A stretch of 64,000 nucleotides of DNA from an uncultured Nitrospinota bacterium (GTDB lineage Bacteria; Nitrospinota; Nitrospinia; Nitrospinales; JAJDAT01). The stretch is taken from contig CAYFMN010000015.1 in assembly GCA_964344185.1 (NCBI GenBank), positions 12,142 through 76,141 of the forward strand, read 5' to 3'. Every line of letters starts with the position of its first letter. Position 1 is the stretch's first letter. Shown piece after piece: positions 17,893 through 26,989 of the stretch. A program made the translations under genes and the position numbers. The notes beneath the pieces were generated by a model. It was not told the DNA's origin. It saw nothing but the letters and a program-made list of their open reading frames with translations, and searched no databases.

Positions 17893-17978
17893 GATCCTTC
17901 GCCCTTCGGGCTCCAGGATGACTGCTATTTGCTCCATTTAGCTAAAACAAGATCCCTCGACAAGCTCAAGATGACAAG
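17893..17978 (-). repeat. two inverted copies of the same hairpin core as 16837..17256
   Basis: The reverse complements of 17893-17924 (GTCATCCTGGAGCCCGAAGGGCGAAGGATC) and 17951-17978 (TGTCATCTTGAGCTTGTCGAGGGATC) match the TGTCA..TGAG..CGA.GG core. Confidence 0.6.
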
Positions 17979-18013
17979 AGGAGGAGGTTGGCCTTTCCAG
18001 CGCCTTTTTTAAT

Positions 18014-18298
18014 TCACCCCTTCTTTTTGGAATAATCTCTATTTACTTCGTATACAAAGGCGAGTAATTCAGCGACAACTTGATAAACGGAAGGAGGGAT
18101 TTCTTTATCAATATCGATTTGCGATAAAACTTGAACAAGGTCAGAGTCCTCTTTTATCGGAACGTCGTTCTCTTTTGCAAGAGCGATAATCTTTTCCGCT
18201 ATATTGCCGGAGCCTTTAGCCGTTACCTTGGGCGACTTGTCTTTCGACGCGTCATATCTTAAAGCTACAGCGGATTTAGCGGTCGATTTCTTTTTCAT
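18014..18298 (-). CDS. FlhB C-terminal-domain-like protein (YlqH/EscU-YscU family fragment-type)
   Basis: AVALRYD....PKVTAKGSGNIAEKIIALAKENDVPI.EDSDLV..L......IP...Y..VAELLAFVY. ATGA start/stop overlap with the fliK-like gene. Confidence 0.8.
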   Translation of the reverse strand: MKKKSTAKSAVALRYDASKDKSPKVTAKGSGNIAEKIIALAKENDVPIKEDSDLVQVLSQIDIDKEIPPSVYQVVAELLAFVYEVNRDYSKKKG

Positions 18299-19773
18299 GT
18301 TTTAATATCCACCAATCGCGTAGACACTCCTTTTAAAGCTTCGCCAGTACTGTCTTCCATCTCCATATCCGATTTTTCTTTAACGGAAGCGTTAATAGAA
18401 GCCGAAAACCCCAATTCATCCAATTTCTTTTTCAAACCTTCTTTTCCCGCTCCGATTAAGTTCACGACGTTTTTATCTTCAGAAGCGAAATCGGCTGCAA
18501 GATTATTTCCATTAAGTTTGGCGTCAATTCTTATATTTCCAATAGCCGACAGATTCAGCAAAAACACCATATGAAAATCTTTTTTGTCTCCGCCCTTTCC
18601 GCCTTCGCTGCCTTCCCCGTCTCTTATAAAAAGTTTGGCCGTTTTCGCTTCCGGCATATACGGATCTGGTATTTGCAGAACTAGCGGGTTTTGTTCCTGC
18701 TTTGAGAATTGGTTCGATAACTGTTGCAATTCAATATTATCCGAGGCTAGCTTAACCTGTTGGATGGTTTCAGAAATGGTCCGCTGCGTTTGGGGGGGTA
18801 AGAGTTCCCCTTCTTTAGCCAAAAACTTTTCCAGTTTAGTTTGAAGTTCCAGCAATTGCCCCTTCAAATCTTTAGACAAAATCGGTTTTCTATCTAAAAT
18901 AACGCCTTCGTCAACCGCTTTTTTAACCTTAGCTTCATAGTTAATTCCAGATCGATCAACCTGCTCTTTTAAGCGAGCGCTGTCGGGAACCGACTCTTCT
19001 CGCGGAATTAACACTTTTATGGTATCGCGCAATCGTTGCACAACATCGGAGTCGATTTTATATTTACCCAAATCTGGATTTTTATTAAAAATACTTTCCA
19101 AATCAGTCAGCATCTTGCCCATATCTTGCTTAGCGGGCAAATAGTTTTTTAGAGCGGCTCCGTCTATTTTTGGCGTTTGGTTTTCCGGATTCAGAATTTG
19201 AAAGCTAACGCCTTCTTTATTGGGAATGGCTTTTATTAAAACGTTTTCTCCAATACGAACCGGCTTCGCTTCGGCGGGTAATTGCGCAGTAACTTCTACA
19301 TTCTGGATTCGCACTTGCACTTTTCCCGACTCCAAAATTTTAGTCGCCGTTCCTTGCGCGGTTTGTCCTGGACGCAAATTGACTTGCCCCTCTGCCTTAG
19401 GTAATTCAGAAGAACCGGAAGGTTTAGACAAAGTGATCTTTACAGATGTTTCCGGAGTCCCTTTTTGGGCAATATTTTTTGCAGCAGTCCCGGAATTAAG
19501 GTTTTCTGGAGAAACTTTTAGGATAACACTCGGGGCAACCGATACCACTTTAGCCTGAATCGGTTGCCCTTTAGTCAAATTACCGTTAGTTTCAGCGGCT
19601 ACTTTTTGACCGTTGAGATCTAACAAGACTTTACCGCCGCTAAGAACTTGGGCTACTTGCCCTTTAATGGATTGCCCAACTTTAATACCTTGAACAGAAT
19701 CCAAAAGTTTGGCAAAAGTTTCGTCCTTAGCAAGAATTTTTACTAAGTTTTGGGGTAACTCGTTAATGAACAA
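18295..19773 (-). CDS. flagellar hook-length control protein FliK-like
   Basis: Long low-complexity N-terminus. C-terminal Flg_hook-like block: LVLQIPDPYMPEAKTAKLFIRD...FHMVFLLNLSAIGNIRIDAKLNGNNLAADF...LKKKLDELGF. TTG start. Confidence 0.65.
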   Translation of the reverse strand: MFINELPQNLVKILAKDETFAKLLDSVQGIKVGQSIKGQVAQVLSGGKVLLDLNGQKVAAETNGNLTKGQPIQAKVVSVAPSVILKVSPENLNSGTAAKNIAQKGTPETSVKITLSKPSGSSELPKAEGQVNLRPGQTAQGTATKILESGKVQVRIQNVEVTAQLPAEAKPVRIGENVLIKAIPNKEGVSFQILNPENQTPKIDGAALKNYLPAKQDMGKMLTDLESIFNKNPDLGKYKIDSDVVQRLRDTIKVLIPREESVPDSARLKEQVDRSGINYEAKVKKAVDEGVILDRKPILSKDLKGQLLELQTKLEKFLAKEGELLPPQTQRTISETIQQVKLASDNIELQQLSNQFSKQEQNPLVLQIPDPYMPEAKTAKLFIRDGEGSEGGKGGDKKDFHMVFLLNLSAIGNIRIDAKLNGNNLAADFASEDKNVVNLIGAGKEGLKKKLDELGFSASINASVKEKSDMEMEDSTGEALKGVSTRLVDIKT

Positions 19774-19775
19774 GT

Positions 19776-20345
19776 TTAATCTTCGCCTTTCCTAAGGCTT
19801 AACGCCAATTCAATTTCTCCCAAAGGCATTTTTGTTTTCTTTGAAATTTCCTCGGGAGAAAATCCCTTTTTCGCTAATCTAAGTGCGTCTGCATAACGGT
19901 CGCCGTCGCCCAGAATTTTTCGAGCCTCGGGTCTTTTTTTCAATTCTGCGGCCACCATATTTAATTCTTCCATCGAAATAGATAAAGCCTTTTTTTCTTC
20001 TTCAATTCTATCCAACATATCGGCCATTTCGTTTTTCTTAACTTCGACGCCTTTATTGATCTTATCGGAAACTTGCAACGCTTCCGTTACCAAATGTTCT
20101 AAAGAATCGTGAAGCTTGTTTAAATCTTTAACTCGAACGGCCCATTCTTGCGTCAAACGAATTTGTTCTTCGCGTGTTTTTTCAAACTCCCCACGAAGCT
20201 TTAATTCGTTTCTTATATAAAGGAAAGCGAAATAAATCGCTCCCAAAAAAATGACATCTAAAATGAATTGAATTCCGGCGGTAAAGCTCATAGTGGGAAT
20301 ACTAAGCCCGAAGGTTGATCCGCCCGCCATGGTTTTGCTCAACAA
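19776..20345 (-). CDS. membrane-anchored coiled-coil protein with C-terminal HTH-like tail (DUF2802-like); start uncertain
   Basis: TM FTAGIQFILDVIFLGAIYFAFLYI, a coiled coil, then a tail GFSPEEISKKTKMPLGEIELALSLRK. The internal ATG at 20291 would remove the 44-nt overlap with the upstream gene. Confidence 0.45.
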   Translation of the reverse strand: MLSKTMAGGSTFGLSIPTMSFTAGIQFILDVIFLGAIYFAFLYIRNELKLRGEFEKTREEQIRLTQEWAVRVKDLNKLHDSLEHLVTEALQVSDKINKGVEVKKNEMADMLDRIEEEKKALSISMEELNMVAAELKKRPEARKILGDGDRYADALRLAKKGFSPEEISKKTKMPLGEIELALSLRKGED

Positions 20346-20640
20346 TTACGGGAGGAGGCTCCTCAGCATTTTCCTCTTCTTCCTCTTGCGGGGCTGCGTT
20401 GTTGGCTTTTGATCTCAACCTGCCCTTTTTACCTTTATCATCGGGATTAGAAGCGTCCGATTGGTAAGCGTCATCAGTTTCCTGGACTTGATTTTTTTTT
20501 ATGTCTTGGTTTTCAACGCTTTCAAGGTCCAGTTGCTGGGCGACAACGCCTTGTTGCTGTTGAATGGTTTGTTGAACCTTTTCGACATGACTCCCCATTT
20601 GTATAACTTGTTGGGTGTTAGCCGGTTCTATTGTAGGCAT
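20302..20640 (-). CDS. Q-rich/acidic low-complexity protein in flagellar cluster, unknown function
   Basis: ATG preceded by AAGGTGAGGA. Composition QQVIQMGSHVEKVQQTIQQQQ...EEEEENAEEPP. Confidence 0.4.
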   Translation of the reverse strand: MPTIEPANTQQVIQMGSHVEKVQQTIQQQQGVVAQQLDLESVENQDIKKNQVQETDDAYQSDASNPDDKGKKGRLRSKANNAAPQEEEEENAEEPPPVIVEQNHGGRINLRA

Positions 20641-20774
20641 GGCAGGGTCCTCACCTTAAATGGCAATTACTTATTAATATACAACCATTTAAGTAATTAT
20701 TCAATCAACGGTTTTTAATTGATTGGAGGATAATTTAACCAAACAGGATAGATTTAAGGAATTTTTACCAATAT

Positions 20775-21410
20775 TTATTTAACCACAAACTCCGTAAACA
20801 GAACGTCTTGAATAGTACCGGAGCCGCTGGCCAATAAACTATTGGATACGGTTACAATTTCTTGTTTCAATCGTTCTTTAATTCTCATTTTATATCTTAG
20901 ATACTCTTTAGGTTTTTTTCTTTTTAGAAGGTTGTAAATATTTTCCCGAATCGTCTGAATATTTTTATCCAGTTCCTTATCTAATTTTCTATTACTTAAA
21001 ACAAAATACAGTTTGATGTTCACAAAACGATCCTGCTCTTCCCCAATCGTTTTAATGGGCAGTAAAAAAGGCTCCAACTGATAAATATTAGCGTTTAGAA
21101 TTTTGGGGCCTTCCTCCGGCGCCTCTTCCTCTACAATTTCAGGAACCGCAAGTTCTTCCTGTTCTTCTTCAGTAATTTCAGTTTCCGAAAAAAAGAACGA
21201 TGCCACTACTCCCAAAAACAAGAGCACAATACCAATGATTATGTAAAGCTTGTATTTTTTAAGAGCGTTTACGAGTTTCTTTAGTGTATCTTGGGATTCC
21301 GCTTCAGCCGCTTCGGCTTCGCCAAGCATTCTCTGAAGTTCCGCCGCCTCGTCACCAACTTCGCCCTCTGCGCCTTCTGCTCCCTCAGGTTTTTCCTCTT
21401 CTTCAGCCAT
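20775..21410 (-). CDS. fliL: flagellar basal-body-associated protein FliL
   Basis: Acidic N-terminus, single TM (LYIIIGIVLLFLGVVASFFF), then LEPFLLPIKT...RFVNIKLYFVLSN...IRENIYNLL, the FliL pattern. Confidence 0.75.
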   Translation of the reverse strand: MAEEEEKPEGAEGAEGEVGDEAAELQRMLGEAEAAEAESQDTLKKLVNALKKYKLYIIIGIVLLFLGVVASFFFSETEITEEEQEELAVPEIVEEEAPEEGPKILNANIYQLEPFLLPIKTIGEEQDRFVNIKLYFVLSNRKLDKELDKNIQTIRENIYNLLKRKKPKEYLRYKMRIKERLKQEIVTVSNSLLASGSGTIQDVLFTEFVVK

Positions 21411-21497
21411 GAATATCCTCGTTTAATCTAGCTTGGCAAAATCCAAAAAACGATCCTAAAACTTAAAAATGACTTACTTCTACATTATTTTAAATAT

Positions 21498-22106
21498 TTA
21501 CTTCATCAGATCTGCTAATTTTTTAAAAATTTCGCCGACTTGTAACTCTAATTCATTTATACCGCCATTATTGTCTATAACATAATCGGCAAATTTAACT
21601 TTTTCGCTCAACGGAGCCTGACTATTTATACGTTTCAAAATCTCTTCCTTAGTAAGAGTGTCCCTTTTGAGCAATCGGTGGACTCTTTCGTCATCGGAAC
21701 ATGTAACCACAATATTTTTATCCATATTACGGTAGTTCCCTGATTCGATTAACAATGCCGCGTCGACAAAAACCAGAACCGCGCCTTTCTTGTCTCGAAG
21801 GCTCTCATATCTGATTCGTTCTTCTTCAAAAACTTTTGGATGGAGAATATCTTCCAGGATTTTTTTTTTCGACGGGTCGTCGAAAACGATACGACTCAAT
21901 TCAGATCGATCTAATCGACCGTCTTTTTGTATTACGCTGTCCCCAAAACTATCTTGAATCTCACGTAAGGCAGGTTTTCCAGGTTCAACTAATTCTCTGC
22001 AAATTAGATCGGCGTCTAAAATATATCCGCCTTTCGTTTTAAAAATTTCAGCGGCCGTCGTTTTTCCCGATCCCATGCCGCCAGTCAAACCGATTAACAA
22101 AGACAA
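21498..22106 (-). CDS. coaE: dephospho-CoA kinase
   Basis: IGLTGGMGSGKTT P-loop at the N-terminus, ...DADLI.RE...PG...., about 200 aa. TTG start. Confidence 0.92.
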   Translation of the reverse strand: MSLLIGLTGGMGSGKTTAAEIFKTKGGYILDADLICRELVEPGKPALREIQDSFGDSVIQKDGRLDRSELSRIVFDDPSKKKILEDILHPKVFEEERIRYESLRDKKGAVLVFVDAALLIESGNYRNMDKNIVVTCSDDERVHRLLKRDTLTKEEILKRINSQAPLSEKVKFADYVIDNNGGINELELQVGEIFKKLADLMK

Positions 22107-22136
22107 AAAACACAGTCCTCCAATTTACCAAAACAA

Positions 22137-22230
22137 GGAAACCTCTAAAAATTCAGATTTGCCAGGAACCTGCCCCTTAAACTCACAGGCCAGGGGATAG
22201 CAACCCAGTAAACCGCCAATTATTAGGGGG
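22137..22230 (+). repeat. copy B of the long-hairpin element
   Basis: ACCTCTAAAAATTCAGATTTGCC...GATAGCAACCCAGTAAACCGCCAATTATTAGGGG, colinear with copy A. The terminal stem keeps pairing via a T/G (U-G) change. Confidence 0.55.
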
Positions 22231-22263
22231 GCCTCGCAAAAAGGTTTTACGCAACTTAATCGC

Positions 22264-23139
22264 TTAACTTTGCAACAATGTCGCTCCTATATCTTCTAAA
22301 ACCGAGCTATATAGTTTCATAAGTTTCTTGGTTACGGGCCCAACTTTTCCATCGCCTATAAGCCTGTTATCAATACGGCAAACCGGCATAATTTTTTTTA
22401 TACTACCGGATATAAAAGCTTCGTCAATATGATCCAGTTCTTCGGGCAGCCATTTTCCTTCCTCGACTAAAACGCCGCTTTCATTTGCAAGCTTTAAAAT
22501 TATTTCCCGGGTAATGCCTGAAAGAATACCGCAATCCAATGAAGGAGTTAATAAAGCTCCGTTTCTTATCATAAAGAAATTACTGGTTGTGCATTCGGTC
22601 AAGTAACCGTCATGATTCAACATCAGAGCGTCCTTCGCTCCTCCTTTAACCGCTTCCATTTGGGCCAAAACGTTGTTCAAATAATTCCCTGTTTTAATTC
22701 CCGGGTTCAAAGCGTCTTTAGAGTTTCGCTTAATCGACACCAAAGAAATTTCAACGCCGTTTCGGTAATATTCTTCTGGAAAAGATTTTAAAGGAGTCAC
22801 ATACAACAATATATTTGGTCTATGACAAGAAGAAGGATCTATATCAATTTCCCCCTCGCCTCTAGTCACAACAATACGTATATATGATTCTGGGTTGCCG
22901 GCTTCTTGGATCGTCCTATTAATTTCTGTTTTAAATTGGTCGTCGGTCCAGGGGATTTGCAAAGCTATTGCGTTAGCCGACTGCCTCAATCGGGCTAAAT
23001 GTTCGCTTAAAAAGCAGGGAACATTTTGATATGTGGGGACCACTTCATAAACGCTGTCGCCGAAAAGAAAACCATGATCAAATACGGAAACAGAGGCAGT
23101 TTCCTCAATTGTTCCATTAAAATTAATTTTAATAGCCAT
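22264..23139 (-). CDS. class IV (fold type IV) aminotransferase, IlvE/Dat/PabC family
   Basis: DHGFLFGDSVYEV, IRIVVTRG, GIKTGNYLNNVLA, ECTTSNFFMIRNGALLTP, ILSGITR. Confidence 0.88.
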   Translation of the reverse strand: MAIKINFNGTIEETASVSVFDHGFLFGDSVYEVVPTYQNVPCFLSEHLARLRQSANAIALQIPWTDDQFKTEINRTIQEAGNPESYIRIVVTRGEGEIDIDPSSCHRPNILLYVTPLKSFPEEYYRNGVEISLVSIKRNSKDALNPGIKTGNYLNNVLAQMEAVKGGAKDALMLNHDGYLTECTTSNFFMIRNGALLTPSLDCGILSGITREIILKLANESGVLVEEGKWLPEELDHIDEAFISGSIKKIMPVCRIDNRLIGDGKVGPVTKKLMKLYSSVLEDIGATLLQS

Positions 23140-23181
23140 AAACCATTATAAAACGCAATAAGAAGAATGAAGGACTCAAGC

Positions 23182-23826
23182 TTATTTTTTCTGTTGGGCG
23201 GCTCGGAGAATATCTTCCAATTGTTTCTTGCTAAGTTGAGTATGATTATCTTGAGGAGCTTGAGATCCATTAGCCGGTTGAGATAGTTCGTTCAACTGCT
23301 TCAGCGCTTCGGCTTTCTTTTTGATATCGTCTAGAACTTGATTTCCCTTATTCAAGGTATCTTTCGAAAACATATTCTGTTTTAAAAGAGCGGCAGACTG
23401 ACGTAAATAGGGAGCCGTTTTAGAACCTTCGGTAATATTTTTGTCCATATCTGGAAACAACTCCAATATCATTATACCTATAGAAAGAAAGAATACCGCT
23501 TTAACGACCCCCAACAACGCTCCTACGAGTCTGTCAAAGGTAGACATACCGCTGGCGGCCATCAGGTTTTTAAACATTTTACCAATCAGTTTTACAATAA
23601 TGGAAACCCCAATAAATACTAAAAAGAAACCAAATATTTTTGCCGCAGTTTGGTTAGTGACAAATTGACCAAGGTAACCAGCCGCCTCTTTATTATAAGC
23701 ATTCGCGCAAAAGTATCCTGTAAAGTATGCCAATAAGGAAAAAATTTCGCGTATCATCCCTTTAAAAAAGGAAAATCCTAAACTTAATCCAATTACAATT
23801 AAAATACCGGTATCAAAAGTTGACAT
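23182..23826 (-). CDS. cvpA: CvpA-family membrane protein
   Basis: N-terminal FDTGILIVIGLSLGFSFFKGMIREIFSLLAYFTGYF, 4 TM, FDRLVGALLGVVKA. Confidence 0.8.
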   Translation of the reverse strand: MSTFDTGILIVIGLSLGFSFFKGMIREIFSLLAYFTGYFCANAYNKEAAGYLGQFVTNQTAAKIFGFFLVFIGVSIIVKLIGKMFKNLMAASGMSTFDRLVGALLGVVKAVFFLSIGIMILELFPDMDKNITEGSKTAPYLRQSAALLKQNMFSKDTLNKGNQVLDDIKKKAEALKQLNELSQPANGSQAPQDNHTQLSKKQLEDILRAAQQKK

Positions 23827-23858
23827 GGCGACGCCTTTTAATAATGACTATACAAATA

Positions 23859-26270
23859 TCAATTGAAAGATTTCGTTAACAATTTTTTAACGTCCTTAAT
23901 TGATCGATCTTGATAAAGAGCCAAATAGATCAAATAATTCCTCAATACTTTTTTTACATAACCGCGCGTTTCGCGATAAGGGATACTTTCAATAAATTCA
24001 AGAATATCTAGATTCTTTCGAATCCTTCTCCAGGACCGAACCTTATGCGGTCCTGCATTGTAAGCCGCCAAAGCAAAAGGAATATTTCCTCCAAACTCTT
24101 TCAACAAACGTTTAAGATACTCGACGCCAAGAGGAACGTTAAATTTAGGATCTTTTAAGCTTTCTTCGTCTGGTAAAACCAAACTCGAAGACTTAGCGAC
24201 CTCCCTTGCTGTCTGAGGCAACAGTTGCATAAGCCCCACCGCGTTAGCTTTTGAAACAACGTCTTTTTGAAAAGCGCTTTCTTGTCGAGACAGAGCTAAA
24301 GCTAAAAAAGGGCTGAATTTCTTTTTTTTTGAATGCTTGGAAATCAATTCCCAATAAACTTGGGGAAACAATGTTTTAGCCAAGTTTAAGGATATCATAT
24401 CCTTCTCTTCACGGTCGATTATTTCCCAAATTAAACCGATAGCATGCTTATACGACTGGCTTTGAAAATACAAACTTGCCAAATAAAATAAAAATCCGTT
24501 AGAAACATTATCAAGACTTTTTAAACGATTTAATTCTTCCAACGCATAATTAAAAAAACCGACAGAAATTAACGCTTCCGCCCGATATAACCTGATATGA
24601 TCGTCTATTCGAAGCTGTTCGTCCCGATATTCTAAGAACCCGTAATTCTGGGGGTCGATTACGTCTCCAATTCCTTTTCCTATCTTTGCCCGCGCAATAA
24701 AGGAGTAAAAACTAAAAGGATGCTCCGCTATTAGTTCCCTGAGGTAATAGTCGCGAGTTTCAAATCCCTTCATGGATTCTGCAGTTTGAGCTAACCAAAA
24801 ATAGGCCGCAGGTAAAAAAGATGTAGAAGCGGAAAACTCTTCCACCAATTCCTCAAAATTCGAACTTTTATAAAAAGTAATAGCTCTCTTAAATCCTTCA
24901 ATAGCTTCCTTTCGTCGGTTCTGGAGCCGGTGAATCCAAGGAATTTTGAAAGCCGCAGCTCCGGTATAAACCCCGTAAGGATAAGACTCTAGCAAACGTC
25001 TATAAAACCCTTGGGCTTTTGAAAACCGCTTTTTATCTTCAAAAATTCTTCCCATAAAAAATAATGATTTGTGGACAATTGGAATTTCCATCGGGTAATT
25101 ATCCACGATCAAACGATAACATTTAGCCGCCATTCCCGACCTTCCTCTTCGCCATAACGAAAGAGCGAGTTCGTTTATTTTTTCAGCAGGCAGTAAAACC
25201 GCCAGACCTTCAACGCTCTGATTCCATGAGTTACTGGACAAATGATTGGATAATTTTTGAACCACTATATCCAATAATTTATTCGAGCTTTTTGTTCCGG
25301 GAAAACTCGTCAAAATAAATTTCGACTTCTCAGAGAACTTATTAAATGAGAACATTCTCCAATTATTTAAAAACTCATCAGCTACCTCGGAACTCTCATC
25401 ATATCTAATAATTTCATCGTCTTTAACTTCTGGTTCTGGGGAACGTTGTTCTTCCAATAAAACTTCAGAAGCGCTTTTATTTTTCCGGATCTCATTTTCG
25501 TGACTTGAAACAAAACTTTTAATTTTTTCTTCTATATCTGGCTCTAAAGGCTTATTAGACGCCAATGCCGTAAATGTTTCTATTGCCAGGGAAATCTTAT
25601 TTACAGTTTGGTAAAGTTCCGCTAATTCAACCAAAGTCGGGATCTTCCATTCGGGAGATTCAACTTTTCTAGCCAAAGCCCTTTTATAAAATAAAATAGA
25701 TTGATCAAACTTCTTTTGAGCGGAATAAACGCGCCCTTTTATTCTTTCCAGTTCCGCTAATTCAATTTCTAGATTTTGAATAAGCGGGCTGCTCGGAAAA
25801 TTTTGAATAAGATTCAACCTTATTTCTACAGCTTTATCGAGATTTTTGATCGCTTTGGAATAATTAGCTTCCTTTATATTTTCTTCGGCTAAGCGAATCA
25901 AAGACCTTCCCAAAATCTCAATGCCGTAATCCCCCAGATAGAATTTATCTGAAACGCGATCGTTTAATATATTAATCGCAGACTCGAATTCGCCTTTTTC
26001 ATAATAAATATAGGCTAATGCCAAACTTACGGGCTCTTTTAGTTCTTCTCTGGAAACAGTCTTTCTTAAATTTAAAAACTTGTTTAAGGTGGAATTTAAT
26101 TCGGTTTTTGGGAGATTGGTTAAATCGGAAATTTCTGCGGCGCTAAGAAAAGAACTTATTGAAAAATGGGTGGAAGTCGACGTTTTGTCATCATTTCCCG
26201 CTTGCGAAAAACCGGAAGAAAATACGTATAAAAAAACGGCTAGAGCTATTCGATAATTTAATTTGGGCAT
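23859..26270 (-). CDS. soluble lytic murein transglycosylase (Slt70-like: superhelical/TPR N-domain + SLT domain)
   Basis: C-terminal SLT catalytic block LALSRQESAFQKDVVSKANAVGLMQLLPQTA...AAYNAGPHKV. ATG at 26270 gives a signal peptide. Confidence 0.85.
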   Translation of the reverse strand: MPKLNYRIALAVFLYVFSSGFSQAGNDDKTSTSTHFSISSFLSAAEISDLTNLPKTELNSTLNKFLNLRKTVSREELKEPVSLALAYIYYEKGEFESAINILNDRVSDKFYLGDYGIEILGRSLIRLAEENIKEANYSKAIKNLDKAVEIRLNLIQNFPSSPLIQNLEIELAELERIKGRVYSAQKKFDQSILFYKRALARKVESPEWKIPTLVELAELYQTVNKISLAIETFTALASNKPLEPDIEEKIKSFVSSHENEIRKNKSASEVLLEEQRSPEPEVKDDEIIRYDESSEVADEFLNNWRMFSFNKFSEKSKFILTSFPGTKSSNKLLDIVVQKLSNHLSSNSWNQSVEGLAVLLPAEKINELALSLWRRGRSGMAAKCYRLIVDNYPMEIPIVHKSLFFMGRIFEDKKRFSKAQGFYRRLLESYPYGVYTGAAAFKIPWIHRLQNRRKEAIEGFKRAITFYKSSNFEELVEEFSASTSFLPAAYFWLAQTAESMKGFETRDYYLRELIAEHPFSFYSFIARAKIGKGIGDVIDPQNYGFLEYRDEQLRIDDHIRLYRAEALISVGFFNYALEELNRLKSLDNVSNGFLFYLASLYFQSQSYKHAIGLIWEIIDREEKDMISLNLAKTLFPQVYWELISKHSKKKKFSPFLALALSRQESAFQKDVVSKANAVGLMQLLPQTAREVAKSSSLVLPDEESLKDPKFNVPLGVEYLKRLLKEFGGNIPFALAAYNAGPHKVRSWRRIRKNLDILEFIESIPYRETRGYVKKVLRNYLIYLALYQDRSIKDVKKLLTKSFN

Positions 26271-26375
26271 TGACTGTCGCAATAAAAAGAAACTCCTTTG
26301 GGTATTTTAAGAGCTTTAATCTGCAAACCAAAACCAAGCTCTATTTACGAAGGTTAAAATAAAAACTCCATAATT

Positions 26376-26894
26376 TCAATCGTTGTCCACCGACCTGATT
26401 AACCGGTCAAAAATTATCTTTAACGTAGAAGTGAACTTTCCCGAGTCTCTTTCAATAGAATCTTTGAGTTCGTCTACCTCCCAAAACTTACCCTCGCTAA
26501 TTTCCGAAGGAGCTAACGTCATTTTTTCATCTGAAACGCACTTGTAAACTGAAACATGTTCCCATAATGTTTCTTTTGAGGCGGCAAGCTTTATCCAAAA
26601 ATTTAATTTTCCTTTAATCCCCAACTCTTCCCACAGCTCTCTCGAAGCGCTCTCATCATAATTTTCTCCGGAATCCACATGACCCGACGCTGATGAATCC
26701 CAAAGGCCCGGGTTTTCGTCTTTTTCTAGCGATCTTTTTTGAAGAAACAATCTATTTTTAGAATTAAAAACAAAAATATGAACGGAACGATGTATCAAAC
26801 CTTTTTCATGAACAACCTTTCTTGAGGCCTGCCCAATTACTCTATCTTCCAGATCGACAACGTCAAAAATCTCTGTATAGTCTTGTGATGACAT
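26376..26894 (-). CDS. NUDIX hydrolase
   Basis: Nudix box GHVDSGENYDESASRELWEELGI. Confidence 0.88.
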   Translation of the reverse strand: MSSQDYTEIFDVVDLEDRVIGQASRKVVHEKGLIHRSVHIFVFNSKNRLFLQKRSLEKDENPGLWDSSASGHVDSGENYDESASRELWEELGIKGKLNFWIKLAASKETLWEHVSVYKCVSDEKMTLAPSEISEGKFWEVDELKDSIERDSGKFTSTLKIIFDRLIRSVDND

Positions 26895-26989
26895 AGTCCG
26901 TCTAGTCTCGTTCCCAGAAAGTCGTTCTTTTAGAATCTAAAAACTTAATAACGCCAAATGGGGGAATGATGGCGAGTAGCTATAGTACT

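Noticed and set aside
16837-17978. Possible CRISPR array, because of regularly spaced ~28-nt palindromic cores
   Set aside because: The period is about 130-145 bp, not about 60-75 bp. The 'spacers' share sequence with each other (GTTCCTTAGGAMC block), the cores are degenerate, copies occur in both orientations, and no cas genes are present.
20641-20774. FliA (sigma28) or sigma54 promoter upstream of the Q-rich flagellar-cluster gene
   Set aside because: I found no TAAA-N15-GCCGATAA or TGGCAC-N5-TTGC match. There is only a 7-bp AT-rich hairpin (CAATCAA...TTGATTG) of uncertain meaning.
23007-23270. 87-aa ORF spanning the aminotransferase start and the CvpA stop; also 6126..6320, 26159..26362, 32012..32194, 35705..35887
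   Set aside because: These overlap the ends of well-supported genes and have no motifs or RBS. Most likely chance ORFs.
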